NCBI GenBank assembly: GCA_965603825.1
Contig: CBFDEM010000046.1
Coordinates: forward strand, 682,001 to 746,000
Direction of reading: 5' to 3'
DNA length: 64,000 nucleotides
From: Blepharisma stoltei ATCC 30299
Lineage: Eukaryota > Protista > Ciliophora
The position numbers and the translations under genes were made by a program. The notes below the pieces were generated by a model that made no database searches, had not been told where the DNA came from, and was given only the letters and a program-made list of their open reading frames with translations. Shown one piece after another: positions 35,854-49,436 of the stretch (position 1 is its first letter; every line of letters starts with the position of its first letter).

Positions 35854-37749
35854 TTAAAGCCCATCTGGGTATTTTACTTTAAACCATGGGTGCTCTAAAG
35901 CTTCTTTTGCTGTTGGTCTGAAATCTCTGTCGATTTCTAAGAGTTTTCCTACAAAATCTAAAAATACCTCGTCGTCAGTTCTGAGGCGAGCTTTTAATGA
36001 TGACTTTTTAGGGACAAGCAGGTGGATTTTGGTTGTAGAAGAAGCAGGAGTAAATGACTCTTCGCGGTCTTCTTCAACTACTTTAAATAGAATTCTATCA
36101 TCAGTAAAGAAATGTTTTATTAGCTTCCCAGTTCTAAATACATCTTCTGGGAACGGACCAATAATTCCCATAACCCTCGCTAATAGCCCTTGAACACTTT
36201 CATTCTGAAACAGCACATTCCCAGTAAACAACTCAGCAACAATGCAGCCAAGAGACCAAATATCGATTTTACTATCATATCTGCACCCCAAAATCACTTC
36301 TGGAGCTCTATAAGACCTTGACTGTACATACGAGCTTAAATGGTCATGCGTAAAGCAGCTGCTTCCAAAATCAATCACTTTTATTTCGCATCTTGAATAT
36401 GACTTAATTAAAATATTTTCAGGCTTTAAATCACAATGAATTAAATGTAAAGAATGCACATACTCTAAGGCTGTTAAAATTTGGTGTGTCACCTTTTGCA
36501 GTCTGCCTAAATTAAAATAAATTTCTGCTTCATGCTCTCTGTTATAGCGAGAAAACTCATATAAATTGTCCCTTAGGAGCTCTGTGACAATAAATAGATG
36601 TTCTTTGTGGTAAAAATAGTCAATTACTTTTAAAAAATGGGTCGTGTCAGGGTCTGCATTGCAATTTATGAGTCTTAAAATTTTTATTTCGTCTATGCTT
36701 TGGTCGACGTAGTCTTTATTATTTTCTATCACTTTTACACAAACAAGCTGCTTTGTCAGCATATCTAAGCATTGTAAAGCTTTACTGAAGGCAGCTGAGC
36801 CCAAGTACTCTATAACTTGGTATCTTCCTGCAATGACACTATCAATAATGACAGGAAAATCTTTAGTTTCCTCAAAGCCTGTTCTTTCTCTATCATAAAT
36901 GACTTTTAAATGATAGCAGTCATAAGTGACGTTTTCACATTCTAAAGGATACAAACTTTCGTCTGAAGGAGGAAAAACTAAGTCAGCTGGCAATAGTGAA
37001 TTTGGGCCAGTTGGCTTATTTTTAGGTGTTTTTGGTTTTAATGGCTTTTTAGGACATGAAGCTCGCTGAGGGAAATTATATTTTTCAGCTAGCTGTTTGC
37101 TTACGTATGCTAAATCTTCTTCATTGCACTCATAAAGGTCATATCCAGGGTCGTCATCGTCTTCATATTCATCTTCAAATACCTTAGAAACTTCTTTACT
37201 TTTTGTTTCTTTAGGCTCCTCTTTTGCATATGAAGTCTCAAAAATTTCATCCTGCGAAGGATGGGACTTCATTTCCGTACTTTGTCCTTCATGAGCTGAA
37301 TTATTGCTGCTCCCTTGCCCAAAACGAGGCAGATCTTCTTCGGAAGACTCCACATTTTTGCTGTTTTCTCCTAGGCTTGAGGACTGATTTTGGCTCTCAT
37401 TTTCAAAAAATAATTGTTCAGCACATTTAACCATCTTATGGAACGCCCGCAGATTTAGCAGGGAGTCAAATCCTTTAGACATATCTTGATATTTAGTTAC
37501 AGATGGGCCTGATATTATACGAGACATGAGGTTTTCCATTACGTCTTCGTTTTCTGGAGCAATTCCTGTATGTAGATCTTGGTTTTCTTTATTTTTAAGA
37601 GATGAGAGGATATGGGATAAAAGTTTTTTGGCAGATTCAGAGTCTTTAAGCTTAAGGGTTGACGAAGATAATGTTTGACGTAAAAGATAAGCAGAGCGGT
37701 GCAGCCCTTTGGTTTCGAGGTAGTTGGAAATTGCATCAAAAATTTCCAT
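35854..37749 (-). CDS. DYRK-family kinase (plant/protist DYRKP-like) with LisH-like N-terminus
   Basis: RTGFEETKDFP, YLGSAAFSKA, HCDLKPEN, DFGSSC, SYVQSRSYRAPE. Confidence 0.9.
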   Translation of the reverse strand: MEIFDAISNYLETKGLHRSAYLLRQTLSSSTLKLKDSESAKKLLSHILSSLKNKENQDLHTGIAPENEDVMENLMSRIISGPSVTKYQDMSKGFDSLLNLRAFHKMVKCAEQLFFENESQNQSSSLGENSKNVESSEEDLPRFGQGSSNNSAHEGQSTEMKSHPSQDEIFETSYAKEEPKETKSKEVSKVFEDEYEDDDDPGYDLYECNEEDLAYVSKQLAEKYNFPQRASCPKKPLKPKTPKNKPTGPNSLLPADLVFPPSDESLYPLECENVTYDCYHLKVIYDRERTGFEETKDFPVIIDSVIAGRYQVIEYLGSAAFSKALQCLDMLTKQLVCVKVIENNKDYVDQSIDEIKILRLINCNADPDTTHFLKVIDYFYHKEHLFIVTELLRDNLYEFSRYNREHEAEIYFNLGRLQKVTHQILTALEYVHSLHLIHCDLKPENILIKSYSRCEIKVIDFGSSCFTHDHLSSYVQSRSYRAPEVILGCRYDSKIDIWSLGCIVAELFTGNVLFQNESVQGLLARVMGIIGPFPEDVFRTGKLIKHFFTDDRILFKVVEEDREESFTPASSTTKIHLLVPKKSSLKARLRTDDEVFLDFVGKLLEIDRDFRPTAKEALEHPWFKVKYPDGL

Positions 37750-37999
37750 TTCTTATAAATTTAAGGTAAAAAAATATTCTTCCTTTTATTAGATTTAAAG
37801 TTCTTCATAAAATTAGAGAAAATTTTCAAGTTTTTATTACAAAATTATAAATTGGAATCCCTATATTAGTTTCAATGGAAAAATGGCGACTGATATAAAA
37901 CTTTGAATTTAAAAATGAGATACTTATAGACTTAATCTTTTCTTTTCTTAATCATTTTCATTAGTCCTTCTATAAGGCCTACGAATTCCTAATAAATAA

Positions 38000-40670
38000 A
38001 TGGAACAGAAAGTCTTTGCAGTTCAAGGGATGACCTGCACCACATGCTCAAATACCCTTTTTAAGTAAACTTTACCTTAGTGCCCTATCCAAACTCCCAT
38101 CTGTCAAGCATGTCGCTGTCTGTCTTCTCAGTGAAAAGGTTCTCGTCAAAGGCAGTAATCTCAAGCCTGATGAAATCATTGATATGATCGAGAACCTTGG
38201 CTTCGAAGTAAGCAATATTTAGGGCAATGAAATCAAAGAAGCCCACATCTTAGATGGAGAAGTCACTTTTGAGCTTGTCGGAGACTACCCGTCACAAGCT
38301 TCCCAAAGTGAAATTTGTGCAGCTTTAAAAAAGAAAAATGGAATCACAGATATCGAGTTTCTCGAAAACCCAAATTTAGTCAAAATCGTATATACAGCAG
38401 AAGCACTGAAGGCGAGAGAAATTTCTTATTTCCTTGGAGAAATAACACAAAAGAAAATAAGTGTGTATAATGAAAATACAAGAAAAGGGGATTTAATTGA
38501 AAAACAGCAGAAAACAATGAAGATGTGGATGAAGGAATTTTTGCTGAGCTTGATTTTTACAGTCCCGATTTTTGTGCTGGGGATGATTATTTCACATGTT
38601 GTGGATAGCGAAGATTTGACTTCAGGGAAGGTTGGGGATAAGCTCCCGACTTACAATTTAATTATGTGGATTTTAGCCACACCTGTCCAATTTTGGTTCG
38701 GGTCAAGATTTTATAGAGGAGGCTACGAGTCTTTGAAAAATGGGGTCGCCAATATGGATGTACTAATTGCACTCGGGACATCTGCTGCATATGCCTATGG
38801 CTCATTTATGAACAGTTACTATGCATCCAATTATCAAACTGAGACCAGTATGCAATATATTGAAGCTTCTCATAGTTTTGAGACTTCAGCGCTATTAATT
38901 TCTATCATTTTATTAGGAAAATACCTTGAAAGCAGATCAAAGCATAAAACTACAGACGCCATCACAAAGCTAGCAAGCCTACAGACCTCAAGCGCAATTT
39001 TATTAGAAAATGGCTCTGAAAAAGAAGTAGATATAGCGCTATTAGAAATTGGGAATATTGTAAAAGTGTACCCAGGCGCCTCAATACCTGTAGATGGAGC
39101 TGTTATAGAAGGCGACGCATGGGTAAACGAGTCAATGATGACTGGCGAAAGCTCCCTCGTCCACAAAACCAAAGGGTCATATGTATATGGAGGGACTATG
39201 AACAACACTGGGGTCATGCATGTAGAAATCAAAAAACTTGGCAAAGACTCTGAATTGTCGAAAATTATTGAATTAGTCGAAAATGCCCAATCCACAAAAC
39301 CAGCTATCCAAGCTTATGCGGACAAAATTTCTAAAGTTTTTGTACCTTGTGTGATGCTTTTTGCTATCATAACTTGAAGTATATGATTTGCCTTAGTTTA
39401 CAGCGAAAACCGCGATGTCATAAATATGATGAAAGATATGGAAGAAAGCAAATTCGTTTTTGCGTTTAAATTCGGGATCTCAGTACTTGTCATTGCGTGT
39501 CCATGTGCTTTAGGACTTGCCGTTCCTACTGCTGTTATGGTCGCAACTGGCGTTGCGACTCGTTATGGAATTTTAATAAAAGATGGAGAAAGTCTAGAAA
39601 ATGCTGCAAGGATAAAAACCGTGGTTTTTGATAAAACAGGGACTTTGACATATGGAAAACCAAAAGTTAAAGAGTTCAGGATGGTCTCAGAAAGTCTTAA
39701 AGAAGCAGAAGCAAAAGAGCTAATAGCGGCTGTTGAAGCAAATAGTGAGCATCCTGTAGCTAAAGCTATATGTGAGCTTACAGATAATATTAAAAAATGC
39801 CAAAATTTCAAAAATATTGATGGAGAAGGGGTCACTGGAATTGTAGACAATCTGGAAGTTTGTATAGGAAATACTCGGCTTATGAACAGATTCGAGGTAG
39901 AAATTGATAGACATCTTGATGAAAGAAAAGAAAAACTTGAATATGAAGGCTGCACCGTTGTTTTTGCTGCTGTAAATAAGCAAGTTGTCAGTCTAATTGC
40001 ATTAGAAGATCAAGATTTGGTAAGACCTGAAGCTCCTTCTGTAATTAAAGAGCTGAAAAGGCTTGGTTATAATGTATGAATGATCACAGGAGACAATCAA
40101 AGATGCGCAAATAAGGTCGCTGAAGCTATAGGGATTCCTTTGTCAAATGTTCTTGCAAATTGTCATCCAGTTGGCAAAAAATCAAAAGTAGAAGAACTTC
40201 AATACCAAAATTCAAACAAAAAACAAAATAATAAAACTTACATATCAACAAATGGCATAGAAGACCCATTACTTGGCTCTGAGAAAAAAATATATGGCGG
40301 TGTATTATTTGTTGGGGATGGGATAAATGACTCTCCTTCACTTGCACAAGCTGATATTGGGATCGCTATTGGAGGAACTGATATTGCAATTGAGTCAGCT
40401 AGCATTGTGCTGCTGAAAAATGATCTCAAAGATGTCTTAATTGCCTTAGACTTGACTTCTGTAGCACTGAGAAGAATTAAATACAACTTTTTCTGGGCAT
40501 TTATATATAATATCATAGGAATTCCTTTAGCAGCTGGAATTATATACATGTGGACTGGGGTTTATATAGATTCTATTATAGCTGCAGCCACGATGGCTTG
40601 CTCTTCTATTGCAGTCATTTTATCATCACTATGGCTTAACAGATACAAGCCGCCACAATATCATAATTAG
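38000..40670 (+). CDS. P1B-type copper-transporting ATPase (~879 aa)
   Basis: Introns 38065-38080 (16 nt) and 38208-38222 (15 nt); [32 protein letters not shown](TGA)MITGD, GDGIND, YN, MACSS. Confidence 0.93.
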
Positions 40671-40689
40671 CTAATTAAGGAAAAATTTA

Positions 40690-41103
40690 TTAAAGTTTTA
40701 TTTTCTTTATGCCAGGCTCTGTTTCTTTTATTTTTCTTTTAAGTTTTTGGACTGATTCTTCATGAAATAAAGCTAATCTTGAGCTTTTTCTTGTTTTCAT
40801 ACCAGGCGTTGTCATAGGCACTGAATCATCAGTTTGAATGCCGATTTCATTAGTTTTTATATCTTTTTTTGGGCTTGGGGTAGGATTAATCTCACTATTT
40901 TCGCTGCTTTTTGATGTGGAAGTTGTGCTGCTGCTTTTGAAAAATGTGACATCAATTTCAAGATTTTGAGATTTTCTAGGCACGCTTTGGCTCTTTTCTA
41001 GTAAAATCCCTGATAAAGGTGAGGAGCTCATGAATTCGGGGGTCGGGGTCGACCTTGATATTGAAGATACAGACTGTGAGAATTCTTGGAGCGTTTGTGA
41101 CAT
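40690..41103 (-). CDS. Hypothetical Ser/Thr-rich protein with basic C-terminus
   Basis: 137-aa ATG-TAA ORF filling the gap between neighbours. Confidence 0.6.
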   Translation of the reverse strand: MSQTLQEFSQSVSSISRSTPTPEFMSSSPLSGILLEKSQSVPRKSQNLEIDVTFFKSSSTTSTSKSSENSEINPTPSPKKDIKTNEIGIQTDDSVPMTTPGMKTRKSSRLALFHEESVQKLKRKIKETEPGIKKIKL

Positions 41104-41131
41104 AAAAATATGAAATTTTTAATAATTAAAA

Positions 41132-42523
41132 TTACTGAGTAAACGCAGCAGATCTTAAAGTCTGTCTGCCAGGGCTTAAAGATCCTTTATTTTCCCATCT
41201 CTGTGCTATGGAGGTATGAGTCCCTCTAAATTGGGTGACTGTAACTCTGGCTGTTTTATGCCTGATTTCTTCTTTAAAGTCTGGAGAATCCTTAGTATCA
41301 GCAATTTTTCTTTGATAAAAATTATTGTGATATGTTGTCCACCTAGAATTTCTTGCATTAGGGTTCTGGGTCATCTGAATATTAGGGACCATTCTGTGAG
41401 GATCCACCGCTATTTCTTGTGATTTTTCGATTTTTTTATAATTTTCCCGAAAGCTTTGAATTGTTTTTTCTAGCTCAGAATTTGCATCTGAAAAATCTTT
41501 CCCAATTTTCCAATACTCTCTGGAATTTTCTGCATACTTAGGCAGCTCACACCCATGAACCCCAAAAACAGTTTTTGAAAATTTATTCCCAAGCTCAGCT
41601 GTATCATTTTTCTTTTTTTCTAAAAACTTTAATTTTGGGTCTTCTCCATCCAAAAGCCCGCCTAAAAATTCCTGCTCCCTCATCCTCAATCTTTCATTTT
41701 CCCCGACATATCCATAATTAGCAGTTTTATTTAAAACGTCGACCTAAATGATTTTTACCATTTCTTCTTTTCTCCTCTCCTTCATCTGGCTACAAGTCCT
41801 ATATTTCGGGTCATTTTGATAGCCAAATTCCACCCTTGGGGTGTCTTTTTCTTTATATAGCCCTACATAACTTCTAGCTAGGCTTCTTTCAAATTCTTTT
41901 TTCTCATTAAAAGTTTTGAATTGAGGATTATTATCGAACCAATCTGTGCTTATAATTTCATTTATAGGCAAATTATACCGGAATTTTTTTTCTCTTTTGG
42001 ACTCGTATTCTCTACCTAATTCTTGGCGTTCTTGTTTTCGAGCTTCGTTTAGCTGGGATTTAGAAGCTACAATAGGTGTTGGGGACATGTTTTTTGGGTA
42101 AGTTTGGTGGACTTTCCCGAAATCTTCATTTAAGACGATTTTTCCTCGCATTTGGATAACACGATAAGGCTTGGTAGGGCCAGATCCATCTAACCCTCAT
42201 AACATATTATTGGTCCATCCAGACTGCATAGCGGAAATTGCTTGGCTTTTTTCTTCTGATGATAATTTATTGGAATTTGTTTTACAAAATTGTTTGGAAA
42301 TATAGTAGTCTTGAGGCCCAACTACCCCATCACCGTCAAGATCAAAAGAAATATCAGGGATAAATTCTTGTTTTCGGGCTTGAAGAAGTTGGGTACGTGT
42401 CTGGATTTCTCGTTTATTAATTCAATGGGCAGGAATTTTGGTGGTTTCTGATTTTATTGGGGAATTTTCTAGGGAATTTTTAAGAATTTCTTTGGGATAA
42501 CTGTTAACTAAGTCAACTTCCAT
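41132..42523 (-). CDS. Hypothetical protein with EF-hand-like loop (~458 aa)
   Basis: ATG 42523, two TGA=Trp, 15-nt intron 41744-41758 joins the two track ORFs; DLDGDGVVGPQD. Confidence 0.75.
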
Positions 42524-42541
42524 ATTAAAATTAATTAATTT

Positions 42542-44632
42542 CTAAGTGGAATTTCTTCCGTTTATAATTTTTTCTACTGGGTGCATATAAACTGCTTCAG
42601 AAAATTGCAGCAAAGGCTCTTCTCTTTCTTCAGAAATTCTGGAAATATGATTGATCCAGCTATGAATTTTCTTCAAAATTGATGGCAATTTTCATAGAAG
42701 AATCACAAAAATTAACAGTGAGAACGCTATTAAAATGGTCCCAATTAATTCAATATTTAAATCTTCATTTATCATAAAAATCAGCCCTGTTACACCTTGA
42801 AAGATAAAAATAGAAAATAATATTGATGTAATGCAAGCTTTAGGAATTTTTGATCCTGTAGAGCGTTTATCGACATAGTAAACACAGAGGATTAAATATT
42901 TGTGAATAAGGTACTAAATATAAGATACTCTTGTATAAAAATATAACACTCCAAAAATCAATATTATTGGATATGCTACTGAGTAGCTGAGAATTATAAG
43001 CAAAGAGTTAAGGGTTGAAGCAAGCTCATAAGCAAAATCAAATGGACTAGCTTGCTGAATTAATAGCTTTTCTTCAGCTGAGTATGGCAAGCTTAACTTA
43101 ATTTTTGTCATTATTACGCTGACAGGCCGAAGCAAATCGAGACCATTTGAAATAAAAGTTTGGTGGATAATAAAAACTGTAAAAAATTGTCCTGTCTGAG
43201 TTATTGCAATTGGCAAATCCCTCCTCCATTTATTCCAGAACCCATCAATAGAAATTTGCATAATAGTTTGCAAGCCTATTGCTTGGAGTATAAATACATA
43301 AAATGCCATAAAAATCAAATATTTTTCAAATCTGCTGACTGTTTCCATAGCCAAACTTGTCCTTTTCTCATGAGACACAATATAATTAATTGAATAATAT
43401 AATATAACCTGCTGATAAAAAATGAGGAGAAGTGTAGGCAAATACTGGTTAAAAACGCTTTCAAAGTAGCTCCTTACTGAGAATTCTGAGATTAAATCGC
43501 TAAAAAACTTCAAAAATCCAGCAGGTGTTACCCAAACAAAAAACAGCAGCATAAAAAAGGCTAACAATAAAATCCTTTTTCCTCGAATTAATATATGATT
43601 GTAAGTCATATTTTCCCATTTGATTTCGTGAGGTGCTGGAGCTGTATGAGCAAACCATAAAATGCTGTTCAGATCATCAATATTTCTCTTAAAATGTTTT
43701 TTTACATTTTCAGCTGCACTAGGTGTCCTGCACATAATATAAGCATACCCTGTATTTCCTTTTTTTCCTTCACCCAGTTTATTTTCATATATAATTTGAT
43801 ATTTTTCAACCTTTCCAGAATAATATTCAATAGCATCTACTTTTGATCTAAAAAATCGTGGTCTTATCATAGGCCTTTTCATTTTTCCTTTCTGTATAGA
43901 TTTTTCAAGCTTTAAGCTATATTTTCTTAATTGTCCTTTAGCTTCATTTATCGCTAAATAAGCTTCATAGCTTTCTGTATAATTTGGGACTACATAAACT
44001 CCTAGTACATCATCTTCAAATTCTTTTTTAAATTTTTCCAATAATTTCGGCTGGATTATTTCTGGGGCAATATCTCTATTAAATCCTCTTAACTCTACCG
44101 CATAACTAAAAATTGGGATATTTGCTGGGAATGCCTTATTTGACACAGTTTTAATCACAATATATACCAATCCATACCCTAAAAATGAAAAGACTATAGA
44201 ATACACAATAGGCGCCACCATACTGTAAGAGTCATTCATAACATTTGCTATGCCTTCTCTATTTAAGTTGTCTTCAGATACTCCGTTGCCTTGAAAATAT
44301 ATAGGGATTAAGGCTGTTGCCCCAATTGCAATCATAGTAAGTAGGACTATTATGATCTGAATGTGCAGTCCTATGTACATATAAGCTTCAATTCCACAGC
44401 GAGAATAAATATCTTGTAGAGAAGTTTCCCATACGTGCTTGACTACTTCAAGAAAAGGTGTGTCGGAATCTGAAAATACAGCATTCTTTATGGCAAGGTC
44501 AGGGTTTTCCGAATGGATGTGACGTTTTCCGAATTTTCGGTAGATTAAAAATAAGGTGAAGTAGATCATAAAGATAAGGAAATCTGCTCCGACTGTGTAA
44601 ATAAGCTGATAGACACCTGGGTGCATGATCAT
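42542..44632 (-). CDS. OSCA/TMEM63 (CSC1-like) channel, tandem copy A (~691 aa)
   Basis: CGIEAYMY, TGYAYI, APAPHEIKWENM, YSVAYPIIL; 15-nt intron 42914-42928; ends TAG 42542-42544. Confidence 0.88.
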
Positions 44633-44753
44633 TTTTTAGTAAATTAATAGAAATGGATTATTATAGATCTAAATAGATTTTCTATTATAGCTAAATGATT
44701 AATTTGCTGATAACCAATATAATAATGGCTATATTAAATAAAAAAAATAAAGA

Positions 44754-46871
44754 TTAATCTTCGTTATCATTAGAATTAAGGCTTTCAGTATGTTTATCCT
44801 GTAAAGTTTCTTTTGGTCCTCTTGAAGTCATTTGCATTTTTTCTATAGGATGCATATATAATCCTGACTCCATCTTCAAAGACTCAGATTCGTTTTCGTT
44901 CTCGCTTACATATTTACCAGTTTTCCATACTAATTTCATAACTGTTGGCAATTTAAGCATAACAACTAAATATATAATAAATGATACTATAATTAGCACC
45001 CCGCCAGTCACTTGTATCCCAACGCTGTCATTTATGGTAAAAATAAAGCCAGTTAGTAATTGGAATATAAAAATGTAAGACATAATTGAATAAATATAAG
45101 CTTTCGGGATTGCAGCTCCAGTTGAACTTTTGTTAATATAAAATGTGCTGAGAAGTAGATATTTGTGGATGAGGTACTAAATAATGATTACTCTAAGTAC
45201 AAAATAAATCAGCCCAATTACAAGAATCAGAGGATAAGCGACTGAATAGCACATTATAATAAAGAAATTGTTCAAGGTAATTGCTATTTCATAAGAAAAA
45301 TCAAAATCTGGGTTATCCAAAGCCTGCATTTTTTCGAGAGGAGTTTTTGCTAATTTTTGCTTTATTTTTGAAACTATTATAACACCAGGCTGCCATAGGG
45401 CAACACCCATAGAAATTCCAGCTTGATGAATCATAAAAATTGTGAAAAATAGCCCAGTTTCAGCAATTTTATTAGGAAATAGCGTCCTTGCGCTGTCCCA
45501 GCCATCAGTCGAAACTTGGACCACAACTTGCATCCCGAAAGCTTGCAATATAAAAATATAAAAAGCAAAAAATAATAAATACTTGACCATTCTGCTTACA
45601 ACTTCTGCAGCTACGTCTATGTGCTTTTCTTGCTTTACTACAAAAATAATTGCGTGATATACAACAACTGCTTGGTAAATTATCAATAATAAAGTAGGCA
45701 AATAAGTATCAAAAATCCCTTTGACGTAATCTCCAGCATCTGCATTTGAGACTGCATCATTTATGTATCTCACAAATGCTGTGGGGGTTAAGAAAACAAA
45801 GAAAATTACTATAAAAATGGCTAGTAATATTGCTCGGCGGATTTTTATTGTGGTTTGGTTATAATTCATATTTTCCCATTTCACCTCGTGAGGAGCTGGA
45901 GCTGAATCTACAGACCAAGATTTGGAATCTTTATACTCCTCTTTAACTTTTTCAGCTGCCTCTCTGCTTTTACAAACTACAAAGGCAAATCCTGTATTTT
46001 TGACGTTTCCTTCTTCAATATGCTGCTCAAATTGATCTTGGAATTTTTCAATTTCTTTTGTATAATGCTCAACCGCATTGACTTTTTTCCCACACATTTT
46101 GACCCGAATTTCTCCTTTTTTCTTATCTCTATTTATTGTTTACTGGCTTTCGACAATTTTGAAATGCTCGACTCTTTCTTTTGCTTTGTTTATTTCTTGA
46201 TAAGCGATATAACTATTAGTATAATCAGAAACTACGCAGGTTTCCATAATTTCTTCTTGAAATTGGCCTGTAAAAGTTTTATGCACCTCAGGCCCGATTT
46301 CTTGAGGCTGCTTATTTTTATCAAGTCCTCCAATTTCAATAACGCGCTCATAAATGTAACTTTCCTATATAAAATTTACAGTTGGGGAAACTGACTTTAA
46401 AATAATGTAAACTAGTCAATATGCCAGACAAGAGAAAAACACAAAATAAATAATTGGAGCAATCATATATTTTTCGTCGTCTAAAACGTTTCCTATAGAC
46501 TCAGCATTAGTGTCTTCTCCTGAAATTCCGCTGCCTTGAAAATATATTGGGACAAGAGCAGGGGTTATGAAGATGGACAAAACTGTTAAAAATATAATAA
46601 TCTGCCGATGAAGAGAAAGGTAAACATAAGCAAAAAATCCGCATTTATCTCGGATTTCTTTTGGGCTTGTGTTTCATACGTCTCTGAATAGTTTGCATTT
46701 AGGTATTTCAGATTCTGAAAAAATTGCGTTTTTTGGCTTGAAGTTTTCGACTGTATTTTCAGTGTGACGAGTTCTGTGGCGATAAGTAGCCAAAAAGAGG
46801 ATAAACAGTATCGAAAAAATGATTGCATCTATAGCAAGAGTGTAAAGTATTTGGAAAATTCCCTGTTCCAT
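44754..46871 (-). CDS. OSCA/TMEM63 (CSC1-like) channel, tandem copy B (~690 aa)
   Basis: 15-nt introns 46365-46379, 46129-46143, 45177-45191; TGFAFV, APAPHEVKWENM. Confidence 0.88.
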
Positions 46872-47270
46872 TTTATTACATTAGACTAAATTCGTTTTTT
46901 TTTTGTATATTAAAACATAATTTTTTATTTTAATAGTAATTTGACAAATAATTAAGAAATAAACTCAATAAATAAAATTGAAATTTTTTGATACAAATTT
47001 CTCAATTTTTCTAAAAAATAAAAACAAATTTATTTTACGAGATTGAGCTTGACACAGCTAAAAGCAGCTTTCAACAAGATTTTTTATTTTTAATAAATAT
47101 ATGACGGCATTTAAAGGTTTTGGGTTGTATAATGCTATCCTTAATCAAGGCCTTCTCTTATAAAATTCTTAACTTGCTGAATATTTATAGCCTGATTGAT
47201 TAAAATAATTTTCTCATCTTTAATTATTTTATTTTTCAGCATTCATTACAGAATTTTAGTTTTAATCTAG

Positions 47271-49436
47271 TTAACTATTATTTTCATTAGAAGTATTGAT
47301 ATTTTGTGTTTTTGATGCTAAAGTGTCTAGCAAAACTACATCTGCTTCTCCAGTCTCTTTTTCCTTTTTTTCTACAGGATGTATATATAGCACCTCGCCA
47401 TGCTCAAAATTGTCAAGCTTACGCCCTTCAATTTTTTCGAATTTTTTAATAATCTTTCTCACAAACTTCATTATTATTGGCAATTTTCACAGAAAAATCA
47501 AGTACACCACAAATGCAATAATTATCAAAACCCCACCTACAATTTGTATAGGATAGTTTTTATTAATTGTAAATATCAGCCCAGTGAACAGCTGGAATAT
47601 AAAAATATATGTCAAAATTGAATATAGATAGGCTTTAGGGATAGCTGAGCCAGTTGAAGATTTATTAACATAAAAAGTGCAGAGGATGAGGTATTTCTGA
47701 GTCATAAACTAAATAAAAATTACTCTTATAAAGAAATATATCAATCCAATAATAAGGATTAGGGGATAAGCGATAGAATAGCTTAAAAGAATTAGAAAGC
47801 TGTTCAATGTGACAGCTGTTTCGTAAGCAAAATCAAAGTCAGGGGAATCCAGTGCTTTTATTTTTTCATGAGGAGTTTTGGCAAGTTTTCATTTTATTTT
47901 AGAAATTATAATAAGCCCAGGCTGCAGTAGTGCAAGTCCATTTTGGATTAAAGCTTGATGGATCATAAAAATAGTAAAAAATAGCCCAGTTTCTGCTATT
48001 TTGTTAGGGAAAAGTGTTCTCCAGCCATCCCAGCCTCCAGTAGAAACCTGAACCACTGTTTGCATTCCTAAAGCTTGCAGTAAAAATACATAAATTGCCA
48101 TAAAAATCAAATATTTTGTCAGTCTGCTCACAATTTCCATGGCCACATTTACTCTTTTTTCTTGTTTTACAATAAAAATTATTGAATGATACAAAATAAC
48201 CCCTTGGTAAATTAACAATAATAAAGTAGGCAAATACGTAGTAAAAATTCCTTCTATGTATTTATCTATTTCCATACCTGACAATGCGTCATTTATATAT
48301 CGGACAAAAGCTGTAGGGGTCAAAAAAATGAAGAAAACTACTACAAAAATAGCTAATAAAGCAATGCGGCGGCCCCTAGTAACGAGCTGGTTATAATTCA
48401 TATTCTCCCATTTTATTTCGTGAGGGGCTGGAGCTGATGCAACCATTCATGTCAAGATCTCTAAATCTTTGAAATCATTTGGGAATTTATCATCGATTTT
48501 TTCTACAATCTCAGGTGTTTTACAAAAAATATAAGCAAATCCTGTGCTTTTTTGGTGTCCTTCTTCCAGATGGTCTTTATATTTTTTTTGATATTTTTCA
48601 ATTTCTTGTGTATAATATCCAATAGCATCTACCTTCTGTGAGCATCAATTCACGCGAATTTTTTCTCTTTTATGGTCTCTATATAATTTCTACGAATTTT
48701 CGATGTATCGAAAATGCTCGAGTTTCTCTTTAGCTTGCTCTAGTTTTTGGTTTGCAATATAGCTTCTTGTGTAGTCAGGGACTACATAAATTCCAACGAC
48801 TTCGTCATGGAATTGGCTTTTAAATTTGCCCATAACTTTAGGCTCTATTTCTTGGGGCGGCAAATTTCGGTTAAATCCTCTAACTTCGATAATATATTCA
48901 AATACAGGTTTTTTCTAATTAAATCCTACATTTATAGTTGTTCTATAGGAAATCGTTCTTAAAATTATATAGACAAGCCAATAGGCAAGAAATGAAAAAA
49001 ATATATAATAAAGTATGGGCGCTATCATTAAATATTCATCATCCAAAATGTTGGCAATTCCTTCTTTATTAGTACTTTCATCAGGGAGGCCATTCCCAGA
49101 AAAATATATAGGGACTAATGAAGGAATCCCCAAAATGCAGACAATAGATAAAAATATAATTATCTGCCATAAGAGAGATAGATAAATATAAGCTAAAAGC
49201 CCACACTTTTCATGAATGTCCATAAGACCGGTTCTCCATACGATTTTTAGCAATTTTCATACGGGTGTCTCAGATTCTGAATAAATAGCATTCTTCGGCT
49301 GAGCATCTTCGGCCTTATAAGTAGTGGTATGCTTAGTTCTATAGTTATGAGATAATAAAAATAGCAAAAATAAAATTGAGAAAATAATTGTGTCAATGCC
49401 TAAAGTGTAAAGTATTTGATAGAATCCTTGATCCAT
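47271..49436 (-). CDS. OSCA/TMEM63 (CSC1-like) channel, tandem copy C (~706 aa)
   Basis: 15-nt introns 48915-48929, 48679-48693, 47709-47723; several TGA=Trp; APAPHEIKWENM. Confidence 0.88.
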
